Shown in pieces: positions 39,242 through 48,386 of a stretch of 64,000 bases of DNA. The notes under the pieces were generated by a model. That model was not told the origin of the DNA and ran no database searches. It worked only from the letters and a program-made list of their open reading frames with translations. The stretch is taken from positions 800,001-864,000 of the forward strand of contig OZ245002.1 of NCBI GenBank assembly GCA_965223415.1. Reading direction: 5' to 3'. Position numbers and translations under genes: made by a program. Each line of letters begins with the position of its first letter. The stretch's first letter is position 1. Source of the DNA: Myxococcota bacterium (GTDB taxonomy: Bacteria > Myxococcota_A > UBA9160 > UBA6930).

Positions 39242-39271
39242 TTGACGGCCGTAGCCGATCCGAAATATCGT
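39242..39271 (+). promoter_or_regulatory. putative sigma70 promoter for paralog 2
   Basis: TTGACG-N18-TATCGT. Confidence 0.45.
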
Positions 39272-39366
39272 GCCGGCGGGTGTCGTCGCCCCGAGGGGTG
39301 GGTCCTCTCGAGGCGCCGGAGGGCTGCGTGAGCCCCCACCCGACCGAGGGAGGTGGCAAGACCGCC

Positions 39367-42300
39367 ATGGCCGAGCATCCGGGGCAACACCAGATCCGCG
39401 AGACCGCGACTCTCCGCTTTGCGCGGTGGACCGTTCGGAATCGATTCTTCGTCGCCCTCGGGCTGATCCTGGCGACGCTCTTCTTCCTCTACCCGACCGT
39501 CAACGCGGTCTCTTCCAACTTCGGGTACGAGCTGAAGGGACCGATGGTGCGGGTCGACGCCAGCGCCCGGGCCCAGTGGCCGGACCATCCCTTCATCCAC
39601 GCCCAGGACAAGTTCGCCAAGACCTTCGGCTCGGCCTCCCTCGTCGCGGTGGCGGTGGTGGTGAAGGAGGGGACGATCTTCACGCCGGAGACGCTGCAGA
39701 AGCTCTCGCGCATCACCCACCGCCTCGACGGCGAGGGCTACGACAGCCGCACCGACGAGCGGGACGCCTACCGGGACGAAATCGAGGAGAACCTCCCGGA
39801 AGACGAGGAGATCAACACCTTCGAGCTGATCAAGCAGCTCGACCGGAAGTTCCCGCCGTACCCCGTGAACCACGACCGGGTCCAGGCGCTCACCCACGGC
39901 TCCACCCGGGTCGTCACGATCGAGCCCGACGGCGCGATCACGTCCGAGGTGCTGGTCGACAAGGTCCCCGAGACCCAGGAAGACGCGGACGAGATCCGCG
40001 AGAAGGTGCGGCAGAACCCGCCCTTCATCTTCGGGCGCCTCGTCTCCTACGACGAGAAGGGCGCGTTCATCGCCGCGAACTTCATCAACGATCGCCTCTC
40101 GGGCCGCGAGGTCTTCATGGCGGTCTTCAACCACGTCCAGAAGATCAAGAACGGCTGGAAGTGCGGCGAGGCCGAGATCGCCAAGGGCATGGAGTGCGCC
40201 GAGGGCGAGTGGATCTGGGAGCCGGAAGAGGACGAGAACCACCACATCTACCTGTCCGGCGAGCCGATGGCAACGGGCTGGATCATCACCCACGCCTTCG
40301 AGATCGTTCAGTACGTCATCCTCACGATCCTGCTGACCTTCCTGCTCCTGCTGATCTACTTCCGGCGGCTGCACGGCGTCCTGATTCCCTTCATCGCGGC
40401 GATGGCCACGGCGGTCTGGGGCCTGGGCTTCACCGGCTGGATGGGGATCACCTTCGATCCGCTCGTCCTGGTGATCCCGATGATCATCACGGCGCGCGCG
40501 GTCTCCCATACGGTGCAGATGGCCGAGCGCTTCTTCGAGGACTTCGAGGTCGTCATGCCCCAGGTGGGCAACGACCCGGAGCGGGCGAAGATCGAAGCCG
40601 CCACCGTCGCGATGGGCGAGCTGATCGTGCCGGGAACCCTCGGCATCGTGACCGACTTCCTCGGCCTGCTCGTCATCCTCATCACCTCGATCCCGCAGAT
40701 GCGCGATCTGGCGGTGTTCGGCGCCTTCTGGGTGTTCACCATCCTCTTCACGGTGGAGATCCTCCACCCCGTGATGATCTGCTACATGGCGCCGCCACAC
40801 GATTCCGAGCACTACCTGCCCAGCTTCATGATCCGGCTGATGCGGGCGATCGGGAACTTCGTCACGGGCCCGGTCACCAAGTACATGGTCGCGGGCGTGG
40901 CGGTCGGCCTCCTGGTCGGCTCCTCCTACATCGCCTTCACCCAGAGCAAGATCGGCGAGGCCAGCCCGGGAACACCGCTCCTCTGGCCGGACCACGAGTT
41001 CAACCAGGCGACCGCCGCCATTGCCGAGCACTTCGGCGGGGTCGACTCCTTCGTGATCTACGCGGACGGGGACCGGGACAAGGCCACCGCGGATCCGGAG
41101 CCGATCCAGAAGATGGAGGAGTTCGAGCGCTGGATGGACGCCCACACGGATCTCGGCGCGCCGGTCTCCGTCGTCCCGATCATCCGCGCCTACTGGCAGC
41201 AGAACCACTACGGCGACCCGAAGTGGTATTTCGTCCCCGGTCACCCGGGCACCGTGCGGAACGTCCTCTTCCAGCTGCGCCAGAACGGATCGCCGGGCTT
41301 CCTCCGCCCCTACGCCACCGACGACGACCGCAAGGCGAACATCAGCTTCTTCTATCGGGACCACAAGGGCGATACGGTGTCGGCGGCCGTGATCGCGGCC
41401 AAGGAGTTCATCCGGCAGAACCCGATCGGCGAGGTGAACATCCGCCTCGAGCAGGATCACGCGGAACGGGACGCCACCTTCTTCGACTACGACAAGCTGG
41501 CCGACAACACCTACTACATGATCGGCCCGATGCTCCCGCCGCGGAACCACAGCCTGAAGGTGTCCATCCGCGATTCGGAAGGGAAGTACACCTACATCGA
41601 CGTCCCCAAGGTACAGGGCGAGGCCGAGGTCCCCGAGTGGATCGGGGAGTTCGCCGAGATGTCGATGGACGACTACCTCGACGAGATGGAGTCGGTGGAC
41701 GAGGGCGAGTACTTCGCCTGGCCGGACGACCTCGAGGAGTGGGACGCGTCGAACGTGGACGCGATCTACGAGAACGAAGAGCTCGGCGTCCGCGCCGTGG
41801 CGATGAAGACGAAGAACCTCATCGTCCACGACCTCAAGGCCGTCGACAGCGTGCCGCGTTACCAGCCCACCAACTCCTGGACCCGAGGCGTCCAGTTCGT
41901 GATGGCGGGCGGCGTGATGGGCGTGCTGGCCGCCGTGAACGACGAGGTCGAGCGCGGGCACATCGCGAACATCTCACTGATCCTGCTCGTCATCTACATC
42001 CTCCAGACGCTCACCTACCGCTCGCTCTGGAGCGGCACGATCATCGTCATCCAGCTTGCCACCGCGACGATGCTCTCGCTGGCCTACATGGCGCTGAACG
42101 ACGTGGGCCTCAACATCAACACCCTGCCGGTGCAGTCGGTCGGGGTCGGAATCGGCGTGGACTACGCCATCTACATCGTCGATCGGATACGCCAGGAGGT
42201 CGTCGAGACCCAGGGCGATATCGACGAGGCGGTCAGACGCACGATCAGCACCACCGGCATGGCGGTGAGCTTCACGGCGACGACCATCGTCGGAGGCATC

Positions 42301-42486
42301 TTCACCTGGACCTTCTCGAACCTGCGCTTCCAGGCGGAGATGGCCTGGCTCCTCGTCATCCTGATGGTCATCAACATGCTGGGCGCCGTCACCGTCGTCC
42401 CCGCCCTCTACTCCATCATCAAGCCCGCGTTCGCCCACGGCCTCCTCGAAGAGCAGGAGCGCGCGAAGGCTGCTGGGGGGGCGTAG
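39367..42486 (+). CDS. MMPL/RND family transporter, paralog 2
   Basis: GGAGGT RBS, ATG 39367; colinear with paralog 1, long identical peptide blocks. Confidence 0.9.
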   Translation: MAEHPGQHQIRETATLRFARWTVRNRFFVALGLILATLFFLYPTVNAVSSNFGYELKGPMVRVDASARAQWPDHPFIHAQDKFAKTFGSASLVAVAVVVKEGTIFTPETLQKLSRITHRLDGEGYDSRTDERDAYRDEIEENLPEDEEINTFELIKQLDRKFPPYPVNHDRVQALTHGSTRVVTIEPDGAITSEVLVDKVPETQEDADEIREKVRQNPPFIFGRLVSYDEKGAFIAANFINDRLSGREVFMAVFNHVQKIKNGWKCGEAEIAKGMECAEGEWIWEPEEDENHHIYLSGEPMATGWIITHAFEIVQYVILTILLTFLLLLIYFRRLHGVLIPFIAAMATAVWGLGFTGWMGITFDPLVLVIPMIITARAVSHTVQMAERFFEDFEVVMPQVGNDPERAKIEAATVAMGELIVPGTLGIVTDFLGLLVILITSIPQMRDLAVFGAFWVFTILFTVEILHPVMICYMAPPHDSEHYLPSFMIRLMRAIGNFVTGPVTKYMVAGVAVGLLVGSSYIAFTQSKIGEASPGTPLLWPDHEFNQATAAIAEHFGGVDSFVIYADGDRDKATADPEPIQKMEEFERWMDAHTDLGAPVSVVPIIRAYWQQNHYGDPKWYFVPGHPGTVRNVLFQLRQNGSPGFLRPYATDDDRKANISFFYRDHKGDTVSAAVIAAKEFIRQNPIGEVNIRLEQDHAERDATFFDYDKLADNTYYMIGPMLPPRNHSLKVSIRDSEGKYTYIDVPKVQGEAEVPEWIGEFAEMSMDDYLDEMESVDEGEYFAWPDDLEEWDASNVDAIYENEELGVRAVAMKTKNLIVHDLKAVDSVPRYQPTNSWTRGVQFVMAGGVMGVLAAVNDEVERGHIANISLILLVIYILQTLTYRSLWSGTIIVIQLATATMLSLAYMALNDVGLNINTLPVQSVGVGIGVDYAIYIVDRIRQEVVETQGDIDEAVRRTISTTGMAVSFTATTIVGGIFTWTFSNLRFQAEMAWLLVILMVINMLGAVTVVPALYSIIKPAFAHGLLEEQERAKAAGGA

Positions 42487-43032
42487 GGGCGGGGGGCCGC
42501 TTCGCTTCTCTCTCGGAGGTGGGAGACGTCGGCTCCGGGCGCCGGCCGGGCGGAATGGCTCGGCCGGGGCGTGGAGGCCGCGTACGGGGTCGCATGGAGG
42601 GGTCGCCGCTTCCGGCCTTCGGCCGGCGGCAACCTTCGCGCACGACGGTCGTCGTGCCTGCCTGCGCTTGATTTCCGCCCGGCCGGCGCCCGGAACCGAC
42701 GTTCGTCACCCCACGGACGGACGCCGATCCCTTCCGGATGGGCGCAGCCTTCGTAGAAGGGTGAGGGTGGAGGCGACTCGGACGTTCGCGTCGGCTCCAC
42801 CCCTTTTCTTCATTCGCCGGGAGCGACGCCAACTCGAACACCGAGGGCGGGGCGGCGGGTGGGCCCGGCGCGGAAGTCAAGCGCAGCAAGGCCTTCGAGT
42901 ACGCGCCCAGGGCGGCCCGCGTCGCGCACCCTCCGTACGCGCGCGTTCGAAGGCCGCAGCGAGCCATGGAGCGCCGGGCCCACCCGCCGCCCCGCGCTCG
43001 CGCCCCAAGAAGCGAAGCGGCCCCCCGCCCTA
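42484..43032. repeat. structured intergenic element: two inverted, diverged copies of a ~190-230 nt unit
   Basis: Both ends read TAGGG(G)CGGGGGGCCGCTTCGCTTCT; shared ATGGCTCG, CGCGTACGG and CTGCGCTTGAYTTCCGC; stems 42526-42555/42673-42702 and 42847-42871/42971-42995. Confidence 0.8.
42765..42810 (+). terminator. intrinsic terminator-like hairpin with T-rich tail
   Basis: GGGTGGAG...CTCCACCC followed by CTTTTCTT. Confidence 0.55.
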
Positions 43033-43857
43033 CGACCGCCTCTCCACCCGCTCGAGGATCCGCGCCGCGTTCTCCTCCACCGCCCGCCCGGTGATGTCCA
43101 CCGTCTTCCAGGTGTGGCGGTGGAAGAGGCGGCGGGCGCGGCGGAGCTCCTGGGCGACGCTCTCGGCGTCGTCGTAGGTGCTGTAGGGCGGGGCGCGGAG
43201 CTGGCGGAGGCGGGCCTTGCGGATGCCGAGCAGGGTGGCGCTGTCGACGACCAGGCCGAAGACCTTGCGCGGGTCGAGCTCGAGCAGCTCTCGGGGCGGG
43301 TCGATGCCGGGGACGAGGGGCACGTTGCCGGTCTTGAAGCCCCGCTGGGCCAGATACATCGAGAGGGGCGTCTTGCCCGTGCGCGAGACCCCGGTGAGGA
43401 CGAGGTCGGCCTCGAAGAGGGTGTGGAGGTTCGCGCCGTCGTCGTGGCGGACGGCGAACTCGACGGCCTCGACCCGCCGGAAGTAGTCATCGGAAAAGGC
43501 GTGGAGGACCCCCTGGCGGTATTGAGGCTTCACGGCGTACTGGGCAGACATGGTGCGGATCAGCGGCCCGAGGAGGTCCAGGGTCGGCACGCCGAGCTCC
43601 TGGCCCCGGTCCTGGAGCAGCTGGGCCAGGGGCTCGTGCACGAGGGTGAAGATGACGAGCGCCCCCGCCTCGTCGGCGCGCTCGAGGATGCGGCGCACCT
43701 GGGACTCGTGGCGGATCTCGCCGAAGGTGCGGACCTTGAACTTCTCCTGAAACTGGGTGGCCGCCGCCTGCACGGCGGCCAGGGCGGTCTCCCCGGTGCC
43801 GTCGGAGAGGATGAAGACCTCGCGTCGGCTCGTCTCCGCCTGGGTGTCGCTGGCCAC
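43030..43857 (-). CDS. ppsR: PEP synthase/pyruvate dikinase regulatory protein (kinase/pyrophosphorylase, DUF299)
   Basis: [33 protein letters not shown]. Confidence 0.9.
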   Translation of the reverse strand: MASDTQAETSRREVFILSDGTGETALAAVQAAATQFQEKFKVRTFGEIRHESQVRRILERADEAGALVIFTLVHEPLAQLLQDRGQELGVPTLDLLGPLIRTMSAQYAVKPQYRQGVLHAFSDDYFRRVEAVEFAVRHDDGANLHTLFEADLVLTGVSRTGKTPLSMYLAQRGFKTGNVPLVPGIDPPRELLELDPRKVFGLVVDSATLLGIRKARLRQLRAPPYSTYDDAESVAQELRRARRLFHRHTWKTVDITGRAVEENAARILERVERRS

Positions 43858-43922
43858 GCCGGGAAGCTAGCGGGCGCTCCTCGGTTGACGCTGCTCGAGG
43901 GGGCCGGCACTTTCCAGCCGCC

Positions 43923-46535
43923 ATGGCCTACGAACCCGATGCGATCGAGGCGCGCTGGCAGCGCTACTGGCTCGAGAACGAGACCTTCCTCTGCGAGGTC
44001 GACCCCGAGCGTCCCAAGTACTACGTGCTCGACATGTTCCCCTACCCGAGCGGGAAGGGGCTCCACGTGGGCCACCCGAAGGGCTACATCAGCACCGACG
44101 CCATCGCGCGCTACAAGCGCATGCGCGGCTTCAACGTGCTGCACCCGATGGGCTGGGACGCCTTCGGGCTACCCGCCGAGCAGCACGCGGTGGAGACCGG
44201 TACCCACCCGTCGATCACCACCCAGGCCAACATCGAGACCTACCGGCGCCAGCTCCGGAGCCTGGGCCTCTCCTACGACTGGTCCCGGGAGGTCGATACC
44301 ACCGATCCGGGCTACGTGCGCTGGACCCAGTGGATCTTCCAACAGCTCCACGAGCGCGGGCTGGCCTACGAGGCCGAGGTGGCGGTGAACTGGTGCCCGG
44401 CCCTCGGCACCGTGCTCGCCAACGAGGAGGTGATCGACGGCAAGAGCGAGCGAGGCGGACATCCGGTCGTGCGGATGCCCATGCGCCAGTGGATGCTGCG
44501 CATCACCGAGTACGCCGAGCGGCTGCTGGCCGACCTGGAGGGCCTCGACTGGCCGGAGCACATCAAGCGGATGCAGGTGGAGTGGATCGGCCGCTCGGAG
44601 GGCGCGCGGGTCGTCTTCCCGCTGCCGGACCACGCGGGCGACGGCATCGAGGTGTTCACCACGCGCCCCGACACCCTCTTCGGCGCCACCTACATGGTGC
44701 TCGCCCCGGAGCATCCCCTCGTCGCGACGGTGACGACGGACGAGCAGCGCGAGGCCGTGGAGGCCTACGTGGCCGAGGCCGCCCGCAAGAGCGAGCGCTC
44801 GCGAACCGCCGAAGGCGACGACAAGTCGGGCGTCTTCACCGGCGCCCATGCCGTGAACCCGGTCAACGACGAGCGCATTCCCGTGTGGATCGCCGACTAC
44901 GTGCTCGCCAGCTACGGCACCGGCGCGATCATGGCCGTCCCCGGCCACGACGAGCGCGACTGGGCCTTCGCGACGAAGTTCGGCCTGCCGATCCTGGAGG
45001 TGGTGGCCGGCGGAGACGTGTCCCAGGGAGCCTTCACCGCCGACGGCACGGCGGTGAACTCGGGCTTCCTCGACGGCCTGCCCACCGGCGAAGCCAAGAG
45101 CCGGATGGGCGCCTGGCTGGAGGAGCGGGGCAAGGGCGAGGCCACGATCAACTACAAGCTCCGCGACTGGCTCTTCAGCCGGCAGCGCTACTGGGGAGAG
45201 CCCTTCCCCGTCCTGCACCTGGAGGACGGCACGGTCAAGCTCGTGCCCGCCGATCAGCTGCCGGTCACGCTTCCCGAGCTCGAGGACTGGACGCCGTCCG
45301 GCGAGTTCGAGACCCCGCTTTCCCGAGTCCCCGACTGGATCGAGACGACGGATCCGGACACGGGCGCAAAGGCCCGCAGGGACCCGAACACGATGCCCCA
45401 ATGGGCCGGCAGCTGCTGGTACTACCTGCGCTTCTGCGATCCGCGGAACGACGGCGCGGCGTGGTCGGCGAAGGCCGAGCGCTACTGGATGCCGGTCGAC
45501 CTCTACGTCGGCGGCGCCGAACACGCCGTGCTGCACCTTCTCTACGCCCGCTTCTGGCACAAGGTGCTCTTCGACTGCGGGCTCGTGTCCACGAAGGAGC
45601 CCTTCCAGAAGCTGCTGAACCCGGGGATGATCCTGGGCTTCGCCTACCGGTACTACGACGACAACCTCGGCGACGATGCGACCGCGACGCCGCGGCCCTA
45701 CCCGTCCTCCGCGGTGCGCCAGGGCCCGGACGGCATGGTGGCGGCCGCCACCGGTGAGCCGGTCAAGGCCCGCTGGGTTCGGCGCGAGGACGTGCGCTGG
45801 GCGGACGACGAGACGCCGCTCCATCCGACGATCGACGACCTCCCCCTGGAGGAGGTCACGGAGAAGATGTCGAAGAGCCGCGGCAACGTGATCTCGCCGG
45901 ACGACGTGATCGCCGAGTTCGGCGCCGACAGCATGCGCCTCTACGAGCTCTTCATGGGCCCCCTCGAGAAGGGCGCGCCCTGGTCCACCGAGGGCATCCC
46001 GGGCTGCCACCGCTTCCTCGCCCGCGCCCATCGCCTGATCGCCGAGCAGGAGCTGGCGGACGGCGATGGGACCCCGGAGCAGGCGCGACTCACCGCGAAG
46101 ACCGTCCAGGGAGTGACCGACGACATGGAGACGATCCAGCCGAACACCGCCATCGCCAAGCTCATGGTGTGGGTCCGCGACGTGAGCCGGGACGCGCCGG
46201 CGCCCCGCGCCGGCGCCGAGGCCTTCGCGAAGATGCTCGCGCCCTTCGCCCCACACTTGGCCGAGGAGCTGTGGCGCGCCCTCGGCCACGAGGACACGCT
46301 GGCCTACGAGCCCTGGCCCGCCGCAGACTCGTCACTCCTCGTCGAGGACACGGTCACCCTCGCCGTGCAGGTCAACGGCAAGCGCCGGGACGAGATCCAG
46401 GTCCCCCCCGACGCCGATCAGGCCGCGATCGAAGCCGCGGCCCTGGCCGCCGAGAACGTCCGCCGCCACGTGGGCGACCAGCCGCCCCGCAAGGTCATCG
46501 TCGTCAAGGGCCGCCTCGTCAACATCGTCCTCTGA
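43923..46535 (+). CDS. leuS: leucine--tRNA ligase
   Basis: [32 protein letters not shown]. Confidence 0.97.
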   Translation: MAYEPDAIEARWQRYWLENETFLCEVDPERPKYYVLDMFPYPSGKGLHVGHPKGYISTDAIARYKRMRGFNVLHPMGWDAFGLPAEQHAVETGTHPSITTQANIETYRRQLRSLGLSYDWSREVDTTDPGYVRWTQWIFQQLHERGLAYEAEVAVNWCPALGTVLANEEVIDGKSERGGHPVVRMPMRQWMLRITEYAERLLADLEGLDWPEHIKRMQVEWIGRSEGARVVFPLPDHAGDGIEVFTTRPDTLFGATYMVLAPEHPLVATVTTDEQREAVEAYVAEAARKSERSRTAEGDDKSGVFTGAHAVNPVNDERIPVWIADYVLASYGTGAIMAVPGHDERDWAFATKFGLPILEVVAGGDVSQGAFTADGTAVNSGFLDGLPTGEAKSRMGAWLEERGKGEATINYKLRDWLFSRQRYWGEPFPVLHLEDGTVKLVPADQLPVTLPELEDWTPSGEFETPLSRVPDWIETTDPDTGAKARRDPNTMPQWAGSCWYYLRFCDPRNDGAAWSAKAERYWMPVDLYVGGAEHAVLHLLYARFWHKVLFDCGLVSTKEPFQKLLNPGMILGFAYRYYDDNLGDDATATPRPYPSSAVRQGPDGMVAAATGEPVKARWVRREDVRWADDETPLHPTIDDLPLEEVTEKMSKSRGNVISPDDVIAEFGADSMRLYELFMGPLEKGAPWSTEGIPGCHRFLARAHRLIAEQELADGDGTPEQARLTAKTVQGVTDDMETIQPNTAIAKLMVWVRDVSRDAPAPRAGAEAFAKMLAPFAPHLAEELWRALGHEDTLAYEPWPAADSSLLVEDTVTLAVQVNGKRRDEIQVPPDADQAAIEAAALAAENVRRHVGDQPPRKVIVVKGRLVNIVL

Positions 46536-46537
46536 AC

Positions 46538-46609
46538 ACGCAAGAGGGGGGACGTTCCTTGCAACTTGCGCAATTGCGCAAGTTGCAAGGAACGTCCCCC
46601 CTCTTGCGT
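46538..46609. repeat. perfect 72-bp palindrome (REP doublet, family 1)
   Basis: ACGCAAGAGGGGGGACGTTCCTTGCAACTTGCGCAA followed by its exact reverse complement. Confidence 0.95.
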
Positions 46610-46615
46610 TCTGGG

Positions 46616-46831
46616 CTACTCGGGGTGGGCGGCGGCAAGGGAGCGGACGCGGCGGCGGACGTAGAGGACGAGGCCGCCGATCAGCGAGACGGGCAGGACG
46701 CTCATGACGACGGTCATGAGCACGTAGGTATCCCGACTGCGGTCGTCCTCCCCTCCGGCGCAGACGGCGCAGGCGCCGGCGGCGTCGGCCAGCAGGAAGA
46801 TGGCGGCCAGGGCGAGCAGGAGCCTCGTCAT
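46616..46831 (-). CDS. 71-aa membrane protein with CxxC, last gene of the oxidase operon
   Basis: ATGA overlap with upstream stop; signal-like N-terminus, ACAVC, C-terminal TM. Confidence 0.75.
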   Translation of the reverse strand: MTRLLLALAAIFLLADAAGACAVCAGGEDDRSRDTYVLMTVVMSVLPVSLIGGLVLYVRRRVRSLAAAHPE

Positions 46832-47421
46832 CCGTAGACCCTCCAGTAGAGCAGCGGCCAGACGCCCACCACGAAGTACCAAAAGGCCTGCCCCGACGCG
46901 AAGGTGCTCTGGGACAGTCGTCCGCGCTGCAGGCGCAGGAAGTTCATGGCCAGCACCGTGAGGGCGCCCACCGCGTGGAGGGCGTGCATGCCGATGATCA
47001 GATAGAAGAAGCTGCCGTGGGTGCTCGAGGTGAGCGTCAGTCCCTCCCGGATCAGGGCGACCCACTCGACACCTTGGAAGACGACGAAGAAGCTTCCGAG
47101 GGCGATCGCGCCGCCGAGCCACGGCTTCGCCCGGCGCCGGTCCTTGCGGAAGGCCTTCTGCGCCATGAAGAGCAGCACGCCGGAGAGCAGCAGGGCCGCC
47201 GTGTTGAAGGCCGTCTCCTCGACCGGGAGGCGGGGCTGACCCGGCGGGGGCCAGCCGAGCAGCGACTGGGAGCGGGCGATGCCGAGGGCGCTGATCATGC
47301 CCGCGAAGAGCATCACCTCGGTGAACAGGAAGAGCAGCATGCCCAGCACCGCGCTCGGGATGACCGGCGGCCGCGGGTTCGTCACGACCCGGAGCGAGGA
47401 GTTGACGGTGCGGGAGGACAT
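46828..47421 (-). CDS. cytochrome c oxidase subunit III-like (second copy)
   Basis: FLFTEVMLFAG, QGVEW, GMHALH, FWYFVVGVW. Confidence 0.85.
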   Translation of the reverse strand: MSSRTVNSSLRVVTNPRPPVIPSAVLGMLLFLFTEVMLFAGMISALGIARSQSLLGWPPPGQPRLPVEETAFNTAALLLSGVLLFMAQKAFRKDRRRAKPWLGGAIALGSFFVVFQGVEWVALIREGLTLTSSTHGSFFYLIIGMHALHAVGALTVLAMNFLRLQRGRLSQSTFASGQAFWYFVVGVWPLLYWRVYG

Positions 47422-47433
47422 GGGCGGCGGCGC

Positions 47434-47784
47434 CTAGTGGTGGGCTCCGCCGTCGGGGGCGGGCTGCTCCACGTGGGGCTTGATCCACTGGTCGCCCTCG
47501 TGCTTCATCACGTCCGGGGCGGTCCCGGCGAAGAGCAGCAGCATGAAGACCAGGGCCGTGGCCAGCAGGTAGGTCACGTACTGGGGCTGCACGTTCAGGT
47601 GCATGAAGTTCTTCACCACCAGGTACGCCTTCCAGATGGCGATGCCGAAGGCGGTGAGCAGCGTGACGATCTGGATCTCCAGCATCGGCCCCAGCACGCT
47701 GACGACCAGCAGCACCAGCAGGATGGCCCAGATCTTGATGTAGTGGCTCTCGGAGTGCGCGCCGTGCTCGGCGTGTTCGGACAT
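47434..47784 (-). CDS. ctaF: cytochrome c oxidase subunit IV (caa3-type)
   Basis: YIKIWAILL, KAYLVVKNFMHL. Confidence 0.8.
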   Translation of the reverse strand: MSEHAEHGAHSESHYIKIWAILLVLLVVSVLGPMLEIQIVTLLTAFGIAIWKAYLVVKNFMHLNVQPQYVTYLLATALVFMLLLFAGTAPDVMKHEGDQWIKPHVEQPAPDGGAHH

Positions 47785-47793
47785 GGCCCGTCC

Positions 47794-48363
47794 TTACTTC
47801 GCGATGTAGAGGAGAGGGAAGAGGAAGATCCAGACGACGTCGACGAAGTGCCAGTAGATGCCCACCAGCTCGACCCGGTGGAGCTCGGCGTTCTTGGCCG
47901 CGTCCTTGGCCACGAAGGCCATCAGGATCATGCCCGCGATCACGTGGGAGGCGTGCACCCCCGCGGCCGTGTAGTAGAAGGACCAGAAGCCGTTGGCGGT
48001 GATCGTGAAGCCGTGCTGGATCTCGGTGGTCCACTCGAAGGCCTTCACGCACAGGAAGACGGCGCCGCCGCCGATCGTGTAGAGCAGGCGCCGGGCGGCG
48101 AGCTTGCCGTCGCCCCGCTCCGCAGCTGCGTGCGCCAGCACCGCCGAGAGGCTCGAGGTGAGGAGCACGAAGGTGTTGAAGGCGCCGATGGCGGTGTTCG
48201 TGTTCGCGGCGTAGTCGGCCCAGATGCCGTGGGACAGCCGGAACATGATGTACGACGCCAGGATGCCGCCGAAGATCACGATCTCGGAGGCCAGCACCCA
48301 CCAGACGGCCAGGCGGCCGGTGGGAATCCCCGCGGCGGTGCGCGTGTTCGCAATCGGTCTCAT
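47794..48363 (-). CDS. ctaE: cytochrome c oxidase subunit III
   Basis: ATG 48363; LASEIVIFG, NTFVLLTSS, YWHFVDVVWIFLFPLLY. Confidence 0.9.
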   Translation of the reverse strand: MRPIANTRTAAGIPTGRLAVWWVLASEIVIFGGILASYIMFRLSHGIWADYAANTNTAIGAFNTFVLLTSSLSAVLAHAAAERGDGKLAARRLLYTIGGGAVFLCVKAFEWTTEIQHGFTITANGFWSFYYTAAGVHASHVIAGMILMAFVAKDAAKNAELHRVELVGIYWHFVDVVWIFLFPLLYIAK

Positions 48364-48386
48364 CGTCTCTCTTTCTGGTGACGGGC

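Noticed and set aside
42715..42810. tRNA- or tmRNA-like 3' end (GTTCG...CTCCACC)
   Set aside because: No cloverleaf, no proper T-arm, no CCA; better explained as a terminator hairpin. The GGACGTTC in its loop resembles the REP core but 8 nt may be chance
45640..45865. Extra segment before KMSKS in LeuS, considered as an intein or insertion element
   Set aside because: Occupies the position of the naturally variable leucine-specific domain; no intein terminal motifs
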